Assembly (NCBI GenBank): GCA_934201705.1
Contig: CAKPXF010000005.1
Span: forward strand, 25,291 to 89,290
DNA length: 64,000 nucleotides
From: an uncultured Bacilli bacterium
Lineage (GTDB): Bacteria; Bacillota_I; Bacilli_A; RFN20; CAG-631
Direction: 5' to 3'
Of this stretch, positions 28,528 through 39,181 are shown one piece after another (position 1 is the first letter of the stretch; every line of letters starts with the position of its first letter). The notes beneath the pieces were generated by a model. That model saw only the letters and a program-made list of their open reading frames with translations. It was not told where the DNA came from and ran no database searches. The position numbers and the translations under genes are program-made.

Positions 28528-30150
28528 TTATATTTTGTATGATTTTGTTAATTTTAATTCTTGCTTACCAACTAAATTAAATAGTTCGTCCAATGTTTCA
28601 TTTAAATCATATGTTTCAAATCTTATATGAAGTGTATCAAGTTCGTGAATAGTCTTACTACCTCCACTATCAACAATTGGAACATTTTCATTATGAGTAA
28701 TTGATAATACAAATAAATTATTAGGCCAAAAAATATCACGAATGGTTTTTCCTATTACAAATGAGTCCTTTTTAACTTCAATATAAGTATCAATTACCAT
28801 ACTCTTTTTATTTAAGTGCTCTTTTTCAACACGATTTTCAATAACCTGTTCATTAAATGATTTAACATTAAATATTTCAGTAATGATATAACTTATAGCA
28901 ACACCTACTATAATAAAAGTAATATTATTTAAAGAATTTAAGGCTTCAATCGCAAAAACGATAGCAGTTATTGGGGTTTTTATCATACTTGCTAAAGCAC
29001 ATGCAATACCTATAGCAATTAATGATTGATAATACTCAGCACTTATTAAATTTAACTTAACAAATAACAATGATAATAATGAAGAAATAATAGCTCCTAT
29101 TGTTAGAGTTGGGATAAATAAACCACCAGTTACACCCTCATTATTGCAAGTTAATGTCATAATGCATCTAAATAAAAGAATTAATAATAAAATATAAAAT
29201 GATGGTGTTGTTTTTATATTAAATAGCTTTTCAATTAAATCATGTCCTGTTGAAATAAAATCATATGAATAAATTCCTATTAAAAAGGTAATTAAGAATA
29301 AAAACATAAATTTAAAATATTTTTTTATTTTTATCTTTTTAATTATAATATTAGATAAATCATACATTTTAGAAAACAATACAGCAAATAAGCCCATTGT
29401 TATTCCAATAAGCATTGCAAGGTATACCTTAGCAATATCAATTTTTAAAACACTTAATGTTAAAAATAAAGTAAATGAAAAGTTAGTTAATGATGATAAT
29501 ATATCCATTGTAAGTAAAGAAAACATAACAGAAGTAGTTGCACTCATAATAATCATTGGTGAAAATCTTTGATGTGCTTCTTCTAAAGCAAAAAAGATTC
29601 CAGAAATTGGTGATGATGTTGCTACAGTAAAGCCACTACAAGCACCACCTGTCATTATATATCTATCCCATGCTTTATTCTTTTTACCAATTCGACTAAC
29701 ACCTCTTCCAAGTGATGTTCCAATCATCACTGAAGGGCCTTCGTTTCCAAGTGGTAAGCCAATAAAAAAAGTAATAAATGAAGAAAAAATAGTTGTTATT
29801 AAAGTAGAAAGCCATTTAAAATGTAAAAGCCCTCTTAAAATACCAATAGAGGTTGGAATTCCCCCACCTCTTGTAGTCTTAAAATATTTGTAAATTAAAT
29901 AAGAAATTAATGAACAAATAATTACAACAACAATTCCTCCAATAATATATATTTTATTTTCATTTAAAAATGTATATAGGTATTTTGACGAATAAATTAT
30001 TTTACTAGCTATTATCTTAAAAATAAAAACTGATATTCCTGTTAATACGCCAACTAGTAGTGATAAAAATAGACAAGGTAGCATAATATTCTTAACATAA
30101 ATTAGCTTATTTTTTATATTCATTTTCTCGCCTTCTTTTTTAACATTCAA
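28528..30150 (-). CDS. ClC family voltage-gated chloride channel/antiporter with a C-terminal TrkA-C-like domain
   Basis: ClC selectivity motifs GGGIP, GNEGP and GGLFIP. Confidence 0.85.
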   Translation of the reverse strand: MNVKKEGEKMNIKNKLIYVKNIMLPCLFLSLLVGVLTGISVFIFKIIASKIIYSSKYLYTFLNENKIYIIGGIVVVIICSLISYLIYKYFKTTRGGGIPTSIGILRGLLHFKWLSTLITTIFSSFITFFIGLPLGNEGPSVMIGTSLGRGVSRIGKKNKAWDRYIMTGGACSGFTVATSSPISGIFFALEEAHQRFSPMIIMSATTSVMFSLLTMDILSSLTNFSFTLFLTLSVLKIDIAKVYLAMLIGITMGLFAVLFSKMYDLSNIIIKKIKIKKYFKFMFLFLITFLIGIYSYDFISTGHDLIEKLFNIKTTPSFYILLLILLFRCIMTLTCNNEGVTGGLFIPTLTIGAIISSLLSLLFVKLNLISAEYYQSLIAIGIACALASMIKTPITAIVFAIEALNSLNNITFIIVGVAISYIITEIFNVKSFNEQVIENRVEKEHLNKKSMVIDTYIEVKKDSFVIGKTIRDIFWPNNLFVLSITHNENVPIVDSGGSKTIHELDTLHIRFETYDLNETLDELFNLVGKQELKLTKSYKI

Positions 30151-30215
30151 ATTCTACCACAACAAAGTTCTTTTTAAAATAAAAACTTATCTAGTTTTTA
30201 CTAAATAAGCTTAAA

Positions 30216-31220
30216 TTATTCTTCCTTTAAGTCATTGCTCATTAATTTGTCAATCTCATCTTTAACATTTGAATTGTTAAATAAGACATTATATACTGAT
30301 GTAACAATTGGTGCATAAATATTATTATCATTAGCTATTTTATAGGCGATTTTACAAGCAAAGACTCCTTCAACTGTTTTTTTGTTTTCTTTGAAAAATA
30401 AAGAAGCATTATTTTTACCTATAAAATATCCTGCACTATAATTTCTTGATGTTGTACTTGAACATGTAAGCATTAAATCGCCGACTCCTGCTAAGCCAAA
30501 GCATGTTTTTTCTTTGCCATTAAAATATTTAACAAATCGCATTATTTCAGCAAGGCCTCTTGTTATTAAAGCAGCTTTTGTATTATTTTTTAAGCCTTGG
30601 CCTTCAACCATTCCCGAAGCTAATGCTATAACATTTTTTAAAGCAGCACAATATTCAGCTCCTATATAATCCTTTGTAATATAAACTCTAAAATAACCAT
30701 TTGAGAAAATACTTTGGACCTTTTTTAAAATTTTTATATCTTCACCAGACACTGTTATTGCTGTATATTGCTTTATTATTACCTCACTTGCAAATGTTGG
30801 ACCTAACAAAGATACAACATTGCCCTTATACTCTTTATCTAAATTATCCTTAATAACATTAGCAAGTGGTTTTTTACTTTCCTCATCAAATCCTTTAGCT
30901 ACATTTACAATAATTGTATTTTTATTGATTCTATTTTTTATTTTTAAAACCATTTCCTTAATAGCAAAGGAAGGAATAGCTAAAACAATCAAATCGATAT
31001 TACTTAAGGAAGCGTCTAAATCATTTGTGGCTTTAATATTTTCATTTAGTTTTACATCATTAAAATATTTACTATTTAAATGATTGTTATTAATATCGCT
31101 AATTTCATTTTCGTCTATTCCGTAAATAGTTACATTATTTTTATTATCTGCAAGAAGGTTTGCTAAAGCACAACCCCAAGCTCCACTTCCTAAAACTAAA
31201 ATATTTAACATCTTAAACAA
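30216..31220 (-). CDS. gpsA: NAD(P)H-dependent glycerol-3-phosphate dehydrogenase
   Basis: Rossmann motif ILVLGSGAWGCALA, plus LGPTFASEV and ALKNVIALASG blocks. Confidence 0.9.
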   Translation of the reverse strand: MFKMLNILVLGSGAWGCALANLLADNKNNVTIYGIDENEISDINNNHLNSKYFNDVKLNENIKATNDLDASLSNIDLIVLAIPSFAIKEMVLKIKNRINKNTIIVNVAKGFDEESKKPLANVIKDNLDKEYKGNVVSLLGPTFASEVIIKQYTAITVSGEDIKILKKVQSIFSNGYFRVYITKDYIGAEYCAALKNVIALASGMVEGQGLKNNTKAALITRGLAEIMRFVKYFNGKEKTCFGLAGVGDLMLTCSSTTSRNYSAGYFIGKNNASLFFKENKKTVEGVFACKIAYKIANDNNIYAPIVTSVYNVLFNNSNVKDEIDKLMSNDLKEE

Positions 31221-31224
31221 CTCC

Positions 31225-31641
31225 TTATTTAATCTTATCTTTAATATTATTAGTATAAAAATAAGAAATTATTGATTTTCTTGTAACAATACCAATAAAA
31301 TGATTTAAATCATCAATAATTGGAACAAAGTTTTGATTCATAGCTAAATCGATCAATTCTTCAATGTTCTCATAAACATAAATAGGCTTTACATCTTTTT
31401 TTATGTTTACCTCAAGTATTGGCTTTTTTTCAGCATCCTTTAAGGTTAAATTATGTTCATTTTTTATGTAACGTAATAAGTCACCTTCAGTAATAGTTTT
31501 TAAATACTTACCATCCTTTGAAATAATAGGAATTGAAGTGTAGCCTGAATTCTCAAGCTTTTCTAAGGTTTGCCGAACAGTAAAATCTTCAACTGCAAAA
31601 TGTGTTTTATCTTTTGGTGTTAAAAAAAATAAAATATTCAT
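31225..31641 (-). CDS. CBS-pair domain protein
   Basis: 138 aa with two CBS-like repeats (IPIISKDGKYLKTITEGDLL, VPIIDDLNHFIGIVTRKSII). Confidence 0.7.
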   Translation of the reverse strand: MNILFFLTPKDKTHFAVEDFTVRQTLEKLENSGYTSIPIISKDGKYLKTITEGDLLRYIKNEHNLTLKDAEKKPILEVNIKKDVKPIYVYENIEELIDLAMNQNFVPIIDDLNHFIGIVTRKSIISYFYTNNIKDKIK

Positions 31642-31653
31642 TGTTTAAGCCTC

Positions 31654-32388
31654 CTAACTAGCTATTCCATTTTTCATTAAATCTATTAAATTATCAAGTT
31701 CAACATAGTATTTCTTTTTATTTCTATTATCTATATATACGTTTAGATATTCAATATTATTATTCTTTATAATAAAGCTAGGGTCATCCCAAATATTTAC
31801 ACTTTTAAATATATGTTTTTCATTACTAAAGCGATCTTCATACTCACATATTATATTAAAAGGGTGCATACCATTAATGCTATAAAGATTATTCATTTCA
31901 ACTTTTATTATTTTAGCTTCAACTAAAGACCCATTGCTTTTTAAATAATCCTTTAATTTATTATTATTAGCTTGTTTTAATAATAAGGTTATACATATAA
32001 TTAGCATCATAAGCCCAATTAATCCAAAAATAGCACTCATAATAGCATTCATTTTTAATGACCAAATCTTATTAACATCACCATTGTTTATATAAAGCTT
32101 TATAGTATCACCTAAATGATAAAATGAAGAATAAAAAGATGTTTCTTTTGTATATTCTTGATTATTGTAGATAAATTTTACTAAAAAAGTTCTTGTTGTA
32201 TCATCAGCACCACTTCTACTATAAAGAATATCAATAATTGTAGCATTTACTACCTCAGCATTTTGATAGTTTGTAATTGTTATTATTCCTATAATTAAAC
32301 CAACTAAGAAAAAGATAATTCCCATTATTAATAAAACTACTTTAACAAATTTGACACTTCTTTCTTTTTTTAAATAGTTAAATTGCAT
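31654..32388 (-). CDS. membrane protein, DUF3592-like tandem domains
   Basis: Two TM helices each followed by a small beta-rich domain. The family guess is from architecture only. Confidence 0.4.
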   Translation of the reverse strand: MQFNYLKKERSVKFVKVVLLIMGIIFFLVGLIIGIITITNYQNAEVVNATIIDILYSRSGADDTTRTFLVKFIYNNQEYTKETSFYSSFYHLGDTIKLYINNGDVNKIWSLKMNAIMSAIFGLIGLMMLIICITLLLKQANNNKLKDYLKSNGSLVEAKIIKVEMNNLYSINGMHPFNIICEYEDRFSNEKHIFKSVNIWDDPSFIIKNNNIEYLNVYIDNRNKKKYYVELDNLIDLMKNGIAS

Positions 32389-32397
32389 AATTAGCTC

Positions 32398-35097
32398 CTA
32401 CTCTACACTTTTTAATGATTCAATCATATTAATTTTCTCAAGTTTAAAGTGTGTTATAAAATTTACGACTATAGTAAAGACAAAAGATAGTATTGCTGCA
32501 TAAATATAACTTGAAAATTTAATTTTATGAATAAACCTTACATATTCAATTTCTACAGTGCTTACAACAACATTTGTTAAAAAATAGCCAAACACTAATC
32601 CTAATATCACTCCTATAATTGTTAAAATAATATTTTCAAGTGTTATATATCTATCAACCTCATAAGGGTAAAAGCCTAACACCTTTAAGGTAGCTATTTC
32701 TCTTTTTCTTTCATGAATATTAATATTTGATAAATTATATAAAACAACAAAAGCTAATAAGGCTGCTAAGACAATTAATATGATTACAACTTTATTCAAT
32801 GTAGTTAGCATATCTGAAACATTATCAATTACCTCTTTTACGACCATTACATTTAAAATATCATCATTTTGCAATAATCCTTTTATGAAATTATCATTAA
32901 TATCTTTAGAATTAATATAGGCTGTATTTATTTTAAAATCATTTTTACTAATCGCTTTATACGTTGTTTCTGTTATAAATAAGTAATGTTGGACGTAATT
33001 TTCTACAATGCATTTAATTTTTAAATTATAATTATTATAATCATCATCATAAAATGACAAGTTTTCATTTACTTTTAATTTTAATAGCTGAGCTAATTTA
33101 TCACTAACAATTACTTCATTATCATTTAAAGTTACTTCTTCTTTACTATTAATATCATAAAGATGCAAAAATTTATTATAATTATCACTAACTACATTTA
33201 TGGTGACTTCATAATTATCACAAGTGCCGCTAATTAATGACATTAAGGTATATGATTCGATGTTATCATTATTTAATGATTCAGCAGCTTTTTCTTTGCT
33301 TACGTTATTGAAGTTAACTATAGCATCTAAGGTTAAAACATGTTGATATTGCATAGTAGGTATATCAGTAATTGAATCTTTAATTCCCCATCCACAAAGC
33401 ATTAAGGCACAGCATCCAGCAATGCCAAATATTGTAACTGCCACTCTTTTTTTATATCTACAAATATTTCTAATAGTTATTTTATTTGAAAATTTTATTC
33501 TTTTCCAAATAAAATGAATTCTTTCAAGTAATATTTTTTTACCAGGCTTTGGTGCTTTAGCTCTTAAAAGTTCTGCAGGCTTTTCCTTTAATTGCATTAA
33601 AACAGTATATAGTGTTGTTCCACAAATACATAAAATTGCAATTAAAAAGCCTAGTATTGATTGTTTAATGTTTAATGTTAAATAAAATTTAGGTAAATCA
33701 AATAATAGCTTATATATATTATTTATTAAAGTAGGAATAACTATTACTCCACCTATTACTCCAAATATTCCGCCGCTTAATGTTGCTAAAAAGGCAAACA
33801 TCATATATTTAAATAGTATGTTTTTATTAGCAAAGCCTAATGATTTGAATGTTCCTATCATTAATCTATCATCTTCAACCATTCTATTCATAGAAACTAA
33901 TGAGACAAGAATAGCAACTAAAAAGAAAACAATAGGAAAGACAAATGATAGATTTGTAATTGATTTAGTATCATCAATATAATTCTTATATGTTGAATAA
34001 TCAAGCCTATCATTTAATAAGACAATACCTGATTTGTTATTTAAAATTTCCTGGTATTCATTTATAACATCATCTATGTTAGCTAAACTTAAATTCATAC
34101 TATTTATAGAACCCATAATTAAGTCATAACTATTTTTATTATCATTTATATATTTTATGTAATCGCTTATTAGTTTTAGCGATTCATAGCTTGATGATGT
34201 TACATCTAAAGTATTAAAATAATTAATAAATTCTTCATAACTTTTTAGATTTAATTCATCTAAAGTGGCATTTATTTTGCTTTTTTTTGCATCATAATCA
34301 AACATAAAGTTTTTTGCAGCTTTTAACTGTCCTATATTATTATTAATGTCATCATAACGTGAAGCTAATAAATCATTAAATTTTTCTTCGATTTTCTTAC
34401 TTACGTCATCAACTTTTTTTAAATATGGTTTTGAATTTGTTTGATAATTATTAGCACCATTTAAAGTAATATAAGCATTTACATAATAATCAACATTAAA
34501 TGATGAATTGTTTATGTATCCATAATAATTAATAGTTCCATTTCCAACATTTGTTTTTCCTCTATTTTGATTTAAGGAAACATTTGTATAAAAAAGTGGT
34601 GAACTTACTACTCCTTTAATCGTATAAGTTACATCATCTAATAAAACCTCATCATTAATCTTAAAACCAGTTTTATGAATAAAATTTTCTTCAACTAATA
34701 TTTCGTTTTTCTTAAGCTTTTCATAATCATATTCTGAAGAAAGTAAATTAATAGTTGAAGGTGTTGAAATAAGCTTAATTACTACTTCTTTATCATTTTT
34801 ATCTTTAAAAACAACATCTTTATAATTTGATAATTCAACTTCATTAACCCCATCTATTTTTTTTAATATATCAATAGCATTATTATCGAAGCCTACTGTT
34901 GATGTTAATTTTATATCATAAACATTAGCACTTTTATAAAAAGCATCTAATGAATTCATCATAGCTGGAGCAGTAGCCTTAAGGCCTGCAAAAACAAACA
35001 CCCCTAAAAAGCTCATTAATAATAATGAGAAAAAACGTGGGAAGGAGTTTTTGATTTCTCTAAAAGTTGTTGTAACCAAACGATTTTTCTTTACCAT
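32398..35097 (-). CDS. ABC transporter permease, FtsX/MacB-type (duplicated FtsX domains with large extracytoplasmic loops)
   Basis: 899 aa with two 4-TM FtsX-like modules. Overlaps the upstream ATPase gene by 7 nt. Confidence 0.8.
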   Translation of the reverse strand: MVKKNRLVTTTFREIKNSFPRFFSLLLMSFLGVFVFAGLKATAPAMMNSLDAFYKSANVYDIKLTSTVGFDNNAIDILKKIDGVNEVELSNYKDVVFKDKNDKEVVIKLISTPSTINLLSSEYDYEKLKKNEILVEENFIHKTGFKINDEVLLDDVTYTIKGVVSSPLFYTNVSLNQNRGKTNVGNGTINYYGYINNSSFNVDYYVNAYITLNGANNYQTNSKPYLKKVDDVSKKIEEKFNDLLASRYDDINNNIGQLKAAKNFMFDYDAKKSKINATLDELNLKSYEEFINYFNTLDVTSSSYESLKLISDYIKYINDNKNSYDLIMGSINSMNLSLANIDDVINEYQEILNNKSGIVLLNDRLDYSTYKNYIDDTKSITNLSFVFPIVFFLVAILVSLVSMNRMVEDDRLMIGTFKSLGFANKNILFKYMMFAFLATLSGGIFGVIGGVIVIPTLINNIYKLLFDLPKFYLTLNIKQSILGFLIAILCICGTTLYTVLMQLKEKPAELLRAKAPKPGKKILLERIHFIWKRIKFSNKITIRNICRYKKRVAVTIFGIAGCCALMLCGWGIKDSITDIPTMQYQHVLTLDAIVNFNNVSKEKAAESLNNDNIESYTLMSLISGTCDNYEVTINVVSDNYNKFLHLYDINSKEEVTLNDNEVIVSDKLAQLLKLKVNENLSFYDDDYNNYNLKIKCIVENYVQHYLFITETTYKAISKNDFKINTAYINSKDINDNFIKGLLQNDDILNVMVVKEVIDNVSDMLTTLNKVVIILIVLAALLAFVVLYNLSNINIHERKREIATLKVLGFYPYEVDRYITLENIILTIIGVILGLVFGYFLTNVVVSTVEIEYVRFIHKIKFSSYIYAAILSFVFTIVVNFITHFKLEKINMIESLKSVE

Positions 35098-35792
35098 TCA
35101 ATATCCTCAACTTTCATAGGATTTTCATTAATTATAATATCCTCAACTTTTCCATTTTTAAATTTAATTACTTTATCTGCCATTGGTGCAATTGCACTAT
35201 TATGCGTAATAATAATAACTGTTATATGAAATTCACGTGCTTCTCTTTCAAGCAATGATAATATTTGCTTACCAGTTTTATAATCAAGTGCTCCTGTTGG
35301 CTCATCACAAAGTAAAATTTTAGGATTTTTAGCTATAGCACGAGCAATTGCTACACGTTGTTGCTCACCACCACTTAATTGCGATGGAAAATTATTCATT
35401 CTATCCTTTAAGCCAACACTTGTTAAAATTGTTTCAGGATTATGATAATTCTTACATAATTGCACAGCTAATTCAACATTTTCAAGCGATGTTAAATTAC
35501 TAACTAAATTATAAAACTGAAAAACGAAGCCAATATCATTACGACGATATTTAATTAAATCCTTGCTACTCATTTTTTCAACGTGGATATCATCAACGAT
35601 AACCTCGCCTGATGTTACAGTATCCATGCCACCTAAAATATTTAAGCATGTTGTTTTTCCAGCGCCACTTGGACCTAAAATAACTACAAGTTCACCCTTA
35701 TTAATAGAAAAATTAGTATCATCTAAAGCATTAATTGATACTTCACCCATTTTATAAATTTTGTAAACATTTTTAAATTCAATGTAGGCCAT
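35091..35792 (-). CDS. ABC transporter ATP-binding protein (MacB/LolD-like)
   Basis: Walker [10 protein letters not shown], signature LSGGEQQR and Walker B ILLCDEPT. Confidence 0.9.
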   Translation of the reverse strand: MAYIEFKNVYKIYKMGEVSINALDDTNFSINKGELVVILGPSGAGKTTCLNILGGMDTVTSGEVIVDDIHVEKMSSKDLIKYRRNDIGFVFQFYNLVSNLTSLENVELAVQLCKNYHNPETILTSVGLKDRMNNFPSQLSGGEQQRVAIARAIAKNPKILLCDEPTGALDYKTGKQILSLLEREAREFHITVIIITHNSAIAPMADKVIKFKNGKVEDIIINENPMKVEDIEW

Positions 35793-35853
35793 AATATACT
35801 CCTTTTATTTAGAGTTATAACTCTAAATATAATTATAGCATTGAAGGTTAAAG

Positions 35854-37548
35854 CTAATCAACAAACAAAGGAACTATTTCTTGCTTATTAACATTTACAT
35901 AGCCAAATGTTGTTATTTTTAATATTGGAATAACACTTAAAGATAAAAATGACATTAGCATAAATGGTGATAATTCTTTATTTACGCCATTTTCATAAAC
36001 TGATTTCAGCAAGTTTTCATTTTGTAAGCTAACATTATAAACATCATCATTTGACATTAAACCAGCTATTTTAAGAGGAAGGCTAGCTATAACTTTTTGA
36101 TTTTTTACATAAACTAAGCCACCACCAATTTCTTTTAAGTAATTACCTGCAAATTGCATGTCCTTATCATTAGTCCCAATAATTGTTAAATTATGTGAAT
36201 CATGTGCTACACTACTAGCTATTGCCCCACTTTTTAAATTAATACCATTAATATAGCCAACAAAATGATGATTTGTATGATTATGTCGTTCAAAAATGGC
36301 TATTTTTAATATATCATTTTCTAAATCAATACCATTATTTTTATTAAAATCAAGCGTCATAATTACTTCTTGTGTTAATAATTGATGAGGTATAACCTTC
36401 ATAACTCTTACTTTTTTGTTTAAATCCTTTATCTTTAAATCAGTAAGCCTAATATTATTCATGCTAAAGCTTTTTATTACTGAATGCTTTATATTTAAAG
36501 GTACATTGCATTCCTTATAAGGAATTAACTTTTTATTATCTACTATTTTTTTACCTTTTATATAAACATCTTCAATATCTATTGTTTTAATATCATTAAG
36601 AACTAGCATATTAGCATAAAACCCTGGAGCTATTGCCCCAATTCTTTTTAAGTTAAAATATTTAGCCGTTTGAATAGTTCCCATTCTTATAGCAACAAGC
36701 GGATTCTTTTTATATTTAATAGCTTTTTTAATAATTTGATCAATATGGCCTTCATTTATTAAATCATATGGATGACGATCATCGCATACTAAAATAGCAT
36801 TATGATTATATGGCTCATCAAATAAATTTATTAAAGCCTTTAAATTTTTAGCTGCTGAGCCTTCCCTTATCATAATTATTTGGCCTTTACTTATCTTACT
36901 AATTGCTTCATCAAGTGATGAGCATTCATGGTCTGAAGCAATGCCTTTATTAATATATTCATCTAGTCTTTTTTCACTTAATAATGGAGCATGGCCATCA
37001 ATTACTAAATTATAATTCATAGCATCATTAATCTTATTAAGTAAATCTTTATCTTTATTAATTACGCCATTATAATCCATTACCTCACCAAGTCCTACTA
37101 CTTTTTTGTTTTTATAAAAAGGTCTTAATGATAAAGCGTTTAAGTTAGCACCAGATTCATCAAATTTAGTTGCTGGTACACACGAAGGCAAAACATAAAA
37201 AATATCAAGTGGCAAGTTTTTTGATGATTTTAGCATATAATTCAAGCCAGCATTACCACAAACATTAGCAATTTCGTGAGGATCTGCAATAATTGTAGTT
37301 GTTCCATGTGGAATAACAATTTTAGAAAACTCATAAGGCGTTAGCATACTACTTTCAATGTGAATATGGCCATCAATAAAACCAGGACATAGTATTTTAT
37401 TATTTAAATCAATTACAACATTGGCATCTAAATCATTATAATAATTCCCTACTCCAATAATAATATCATCTTCAACTAAAACATTTTCTTTAAGCATTTG
37501 ATCTAAAAACACATTAACAACATAGCAATTTTTAAATAATGTTTTCAT
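35854..37548 (-). CDS. ade: adenine deaminase
   Basis: Amidohydrolase motif PGFIDGHIHIESSM. Length (564 aa) and block order are typical of Ade. Confidence 0.8.
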   Translation of the reverse strand: MKTLFKNCYVVNVFLDQMLKENVLVEDDIIIGVGNYYNDLDANVVIDLNNKILCPGFIDGHIHIESSMLTPYEFSKIVIPHGTTTIIADPHEIANVCGNAGLNYMLKSSKNLPLDIFYVLPSCVPATKFDESGANLNALSLRPFYKNKKVVGLGEVMDYNGVINKDKDLLNKINDAMNYNLVIDGHAPLLSEKRLDEYINKGIASDHECSSLDEAISKISKGQIIMIREGSAAKNLKALINLFDEPYNHNAILVCDDRHPYDLINEGHIDQIIKKAIKYKKNPLVAIRMGTIQTAKYFNLKRIGAIAPGFYANMLVLNDIKTIDIEDVYIKGKKIVDNKKLIPYKECNVPLNIKHSVIKSFSMNNIRLTDLKIKDLNKKVRVMKVIPHQLLTQEVIMTLDFNKNNGIDLENDILKIAIFERHNHTNHHFVGYINGINLKSGAIASSVAHDSHNLTIIGTNDKDMQFAGNYLKEIGGGLVYVKNQKVIASLPLKIAGLMSNDDVYNVSLQNENLLKSVYENGVNKELSPFMLMSFLSLSVIPILKITTFGYVNVNKQEIVPLFVD

Positions 37549-37672
37549 TTATAAGTTTTCCTTTCATTATATTTTGTGTATTATATCAACAATATTTATA
37601 TTTAGCAACAAGTAATTTATTTTTTATTATTATATGCCTAAAAAAATAGTTTTAGAATAACATGTGATTTTT

Positions 37673-37726
37673 AAAACTCCCTTGAAAAAGTGTGGTAAAA
37701 TAGTAAAAACTCCCTTGAAAAAGTGT
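37673..37726 (+). repeat. two 21-bp direct repeats, 33-bp period, upstream of the DUF4143 ATPase gene
   Basis: AAAACTCCCTTGAAAAAGTGT at 37673-37693 and 37706-37726. Confidence 0.85.
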
Positions 37727-37735
37727 AAATACGTA

Positions 37736-37764
37736 TTGAAATAAATCATAAAACCAAATATAAT
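37736..37764 (+). promoter_or_regulatory. promoter of 37786..39135
   Basis: TTGAAA (37736-37741), 17-nt spacer, TATAAT (37759-37764). Confidence 0.55.
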
Positions 37765-37785
37765 ATTACTTAGGTGAGATAAAGT

Positions 37786-39135
37786 ATGCTTAAACGAAAA
37801 ATATTTGATGAATTAGTTAAATGGAAAAATAATACGTTAACTAAAAAGAAAGCTTTAGTAATAAAAGGATTAAGACAAATTGGAAAAACATTTATTGTTA
37901 AGCAGTTTGCTAATGAGTATTACGAAAACCAGATATACATTAACTTTAAAAACAATGATGATATAAAAGCAGTATTTGAAGAAAATTTAAATGTTGATAG
38001 AATATTAATAGATTTATCAGCTAAAATGCCAAATATTAAAATAATTCCTTACAAAACAATAATTATTTTTGATGAAATTCAAGAATGTGCCAATGCAAGA
38101 GCTTCAATAAAGCCATTTGTTGAAGATGGTAGATTTGACATTATAGCAACTGGATCACTTCTTAAAATAAAAGGGTATAATAGAAAAAAAGGAAAAGGCG
38201 TGCCAACAGGCTTTGAGCGCATAATATATATGCATCCACTTGATTTTGAAGAATTTTTATGGGCAAAGGGTGTAGGTGATAATGTTATTTCTTATTTAAA
38301 GCAATGCTTTGAAGAGAAAAAGCAAGTCTCTAAAGCAACACATGAAGCTATGATAAGATACTTTAAAGAATATATTTGTGTTGGTGGATTACCTGAGACT
38401 GTTAATACATTCATTAATACAAATGATATGAATGAAGTATACAAGGAACAAAGAGATATAATTGAAGAATATAAAGATGATTTTGGAAAGCACTTAGATA
38501 AAAATGAAAATGAGGAAGTTGATGAATTATTACTTGCAAGAATAGAAGAAGTATTTGATTCTATACCAAGTCAGCTTGCTAAGGAAAATAAAAAATTTCA
38601 ATATTCAAAAATAAAGGTTAAAGGAAGAAGTGCAGATTATAGAGAAGCTATACAGTGGTTAGTTGATGCTGGCATCATTTCTCAATGCTTTAATCTTTCA
38701 AATTTAACTCTTCCACTTGAAGGAAATAAAATTGATAATATATTTAAAATTTATATGTCTGACAGTGGATTATTTGTATCAATGCTAGAAAAAGGAACTG
38801 CAGGAGAAATATTATCTGGAAATCTTTATGGCTATAAAGGTGCTATATTTGAAAATATCATTGCTGATGCTTTTTCAAAAATGGGAAGAAAATTATATTA
38901 TTTTCATAAGGATTCTGGATTAGAAGTAGATTTTATAACAAAATACAAAGGTGAAGTAACTTTAATTGAAGTAAAAGCAACAAACGGAAATACAAAATCA
39001 TCAAATATAATACTTGATAATTATAATGAATATCATGTTAAGAAAATCATTAAATTTGGTGAATATAATATAGGTGAAACTAATTCTAAACTAACTCTTC
39101 CTTATTATATGGTTTTTTTATTAAATGAATATTAA
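37786..39135 (+). CDS. AAA-family ATPase with DUF4143-type C-terminal region (AAA_14/DUF4143 architecture)
   Basis: Walker A GLRQIGKTF and Walker B IIIFDEIQ. The conserved tail EVDFI...IEVK is typical of this family. Paralog of 57773..59107. Confidence 0.75.
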   Translation: MLKRKIFDELVKWKNNTLTKKKALVIKGLRQIGKTFIVKQFANEYYENQIYINFKNNDDIKAVFEENLNVDRILIDLSAKMPNIKIIPYKTIIIFDEIQECANARASIKPFVEDGRFDIIATGSLLKIKGYNRKKGKGVPTGFERIIYMHPLDFEEFLWAKGVGDNVISYLKQCFEEKKQVSKATHEAMIRYFKEYICVGGLPETVNTFINTNDMNEVYKEQRDIIEEYKDDFGKHLDKNENEEVDELLLARIEEVFDSIPSQLAKENKKFQYSKIKVKGRSADYREAIQWLVDAGIISQCFNLSNLTLPLEGNKIDNIFKIYMSDSGLFVSMLEKGTAGEILSGNLYGYKGAIFENIIADAFSKMGRKLYYFHKDSGLEVDFITKYKGEVTLIEVKATNGNTKSSNIILDNYNEYHVKKIIKFGEYNIGETNSKLTLPYYMVFLLNEY

Positions 39136-39181
39136 AAAAACATAGATGTAAACATTAATTTCAATGCTTACTCTATGCTTT

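Noticed and set aside
35807-35828. Perfect 22-nt palindrome ATTTAGAGTTATAACTCTAAAT between ade and the ABC ATPase gene
   Set aside because: It could be an ade terminator or an operator. However, it lacks a U-run in the transcribed direction, and I cannot place a promoter around it. The evidence is insufficient to call it either.
35854-37785. Purine riboswitch upstream of adenine deaminase
   Set aside because: I read the 237-bp leader on the coding strand. It contains only a promoter-like TTGTTG...TATAAT and AT-rich sequence. There is no conserved purine-riboswitch core.
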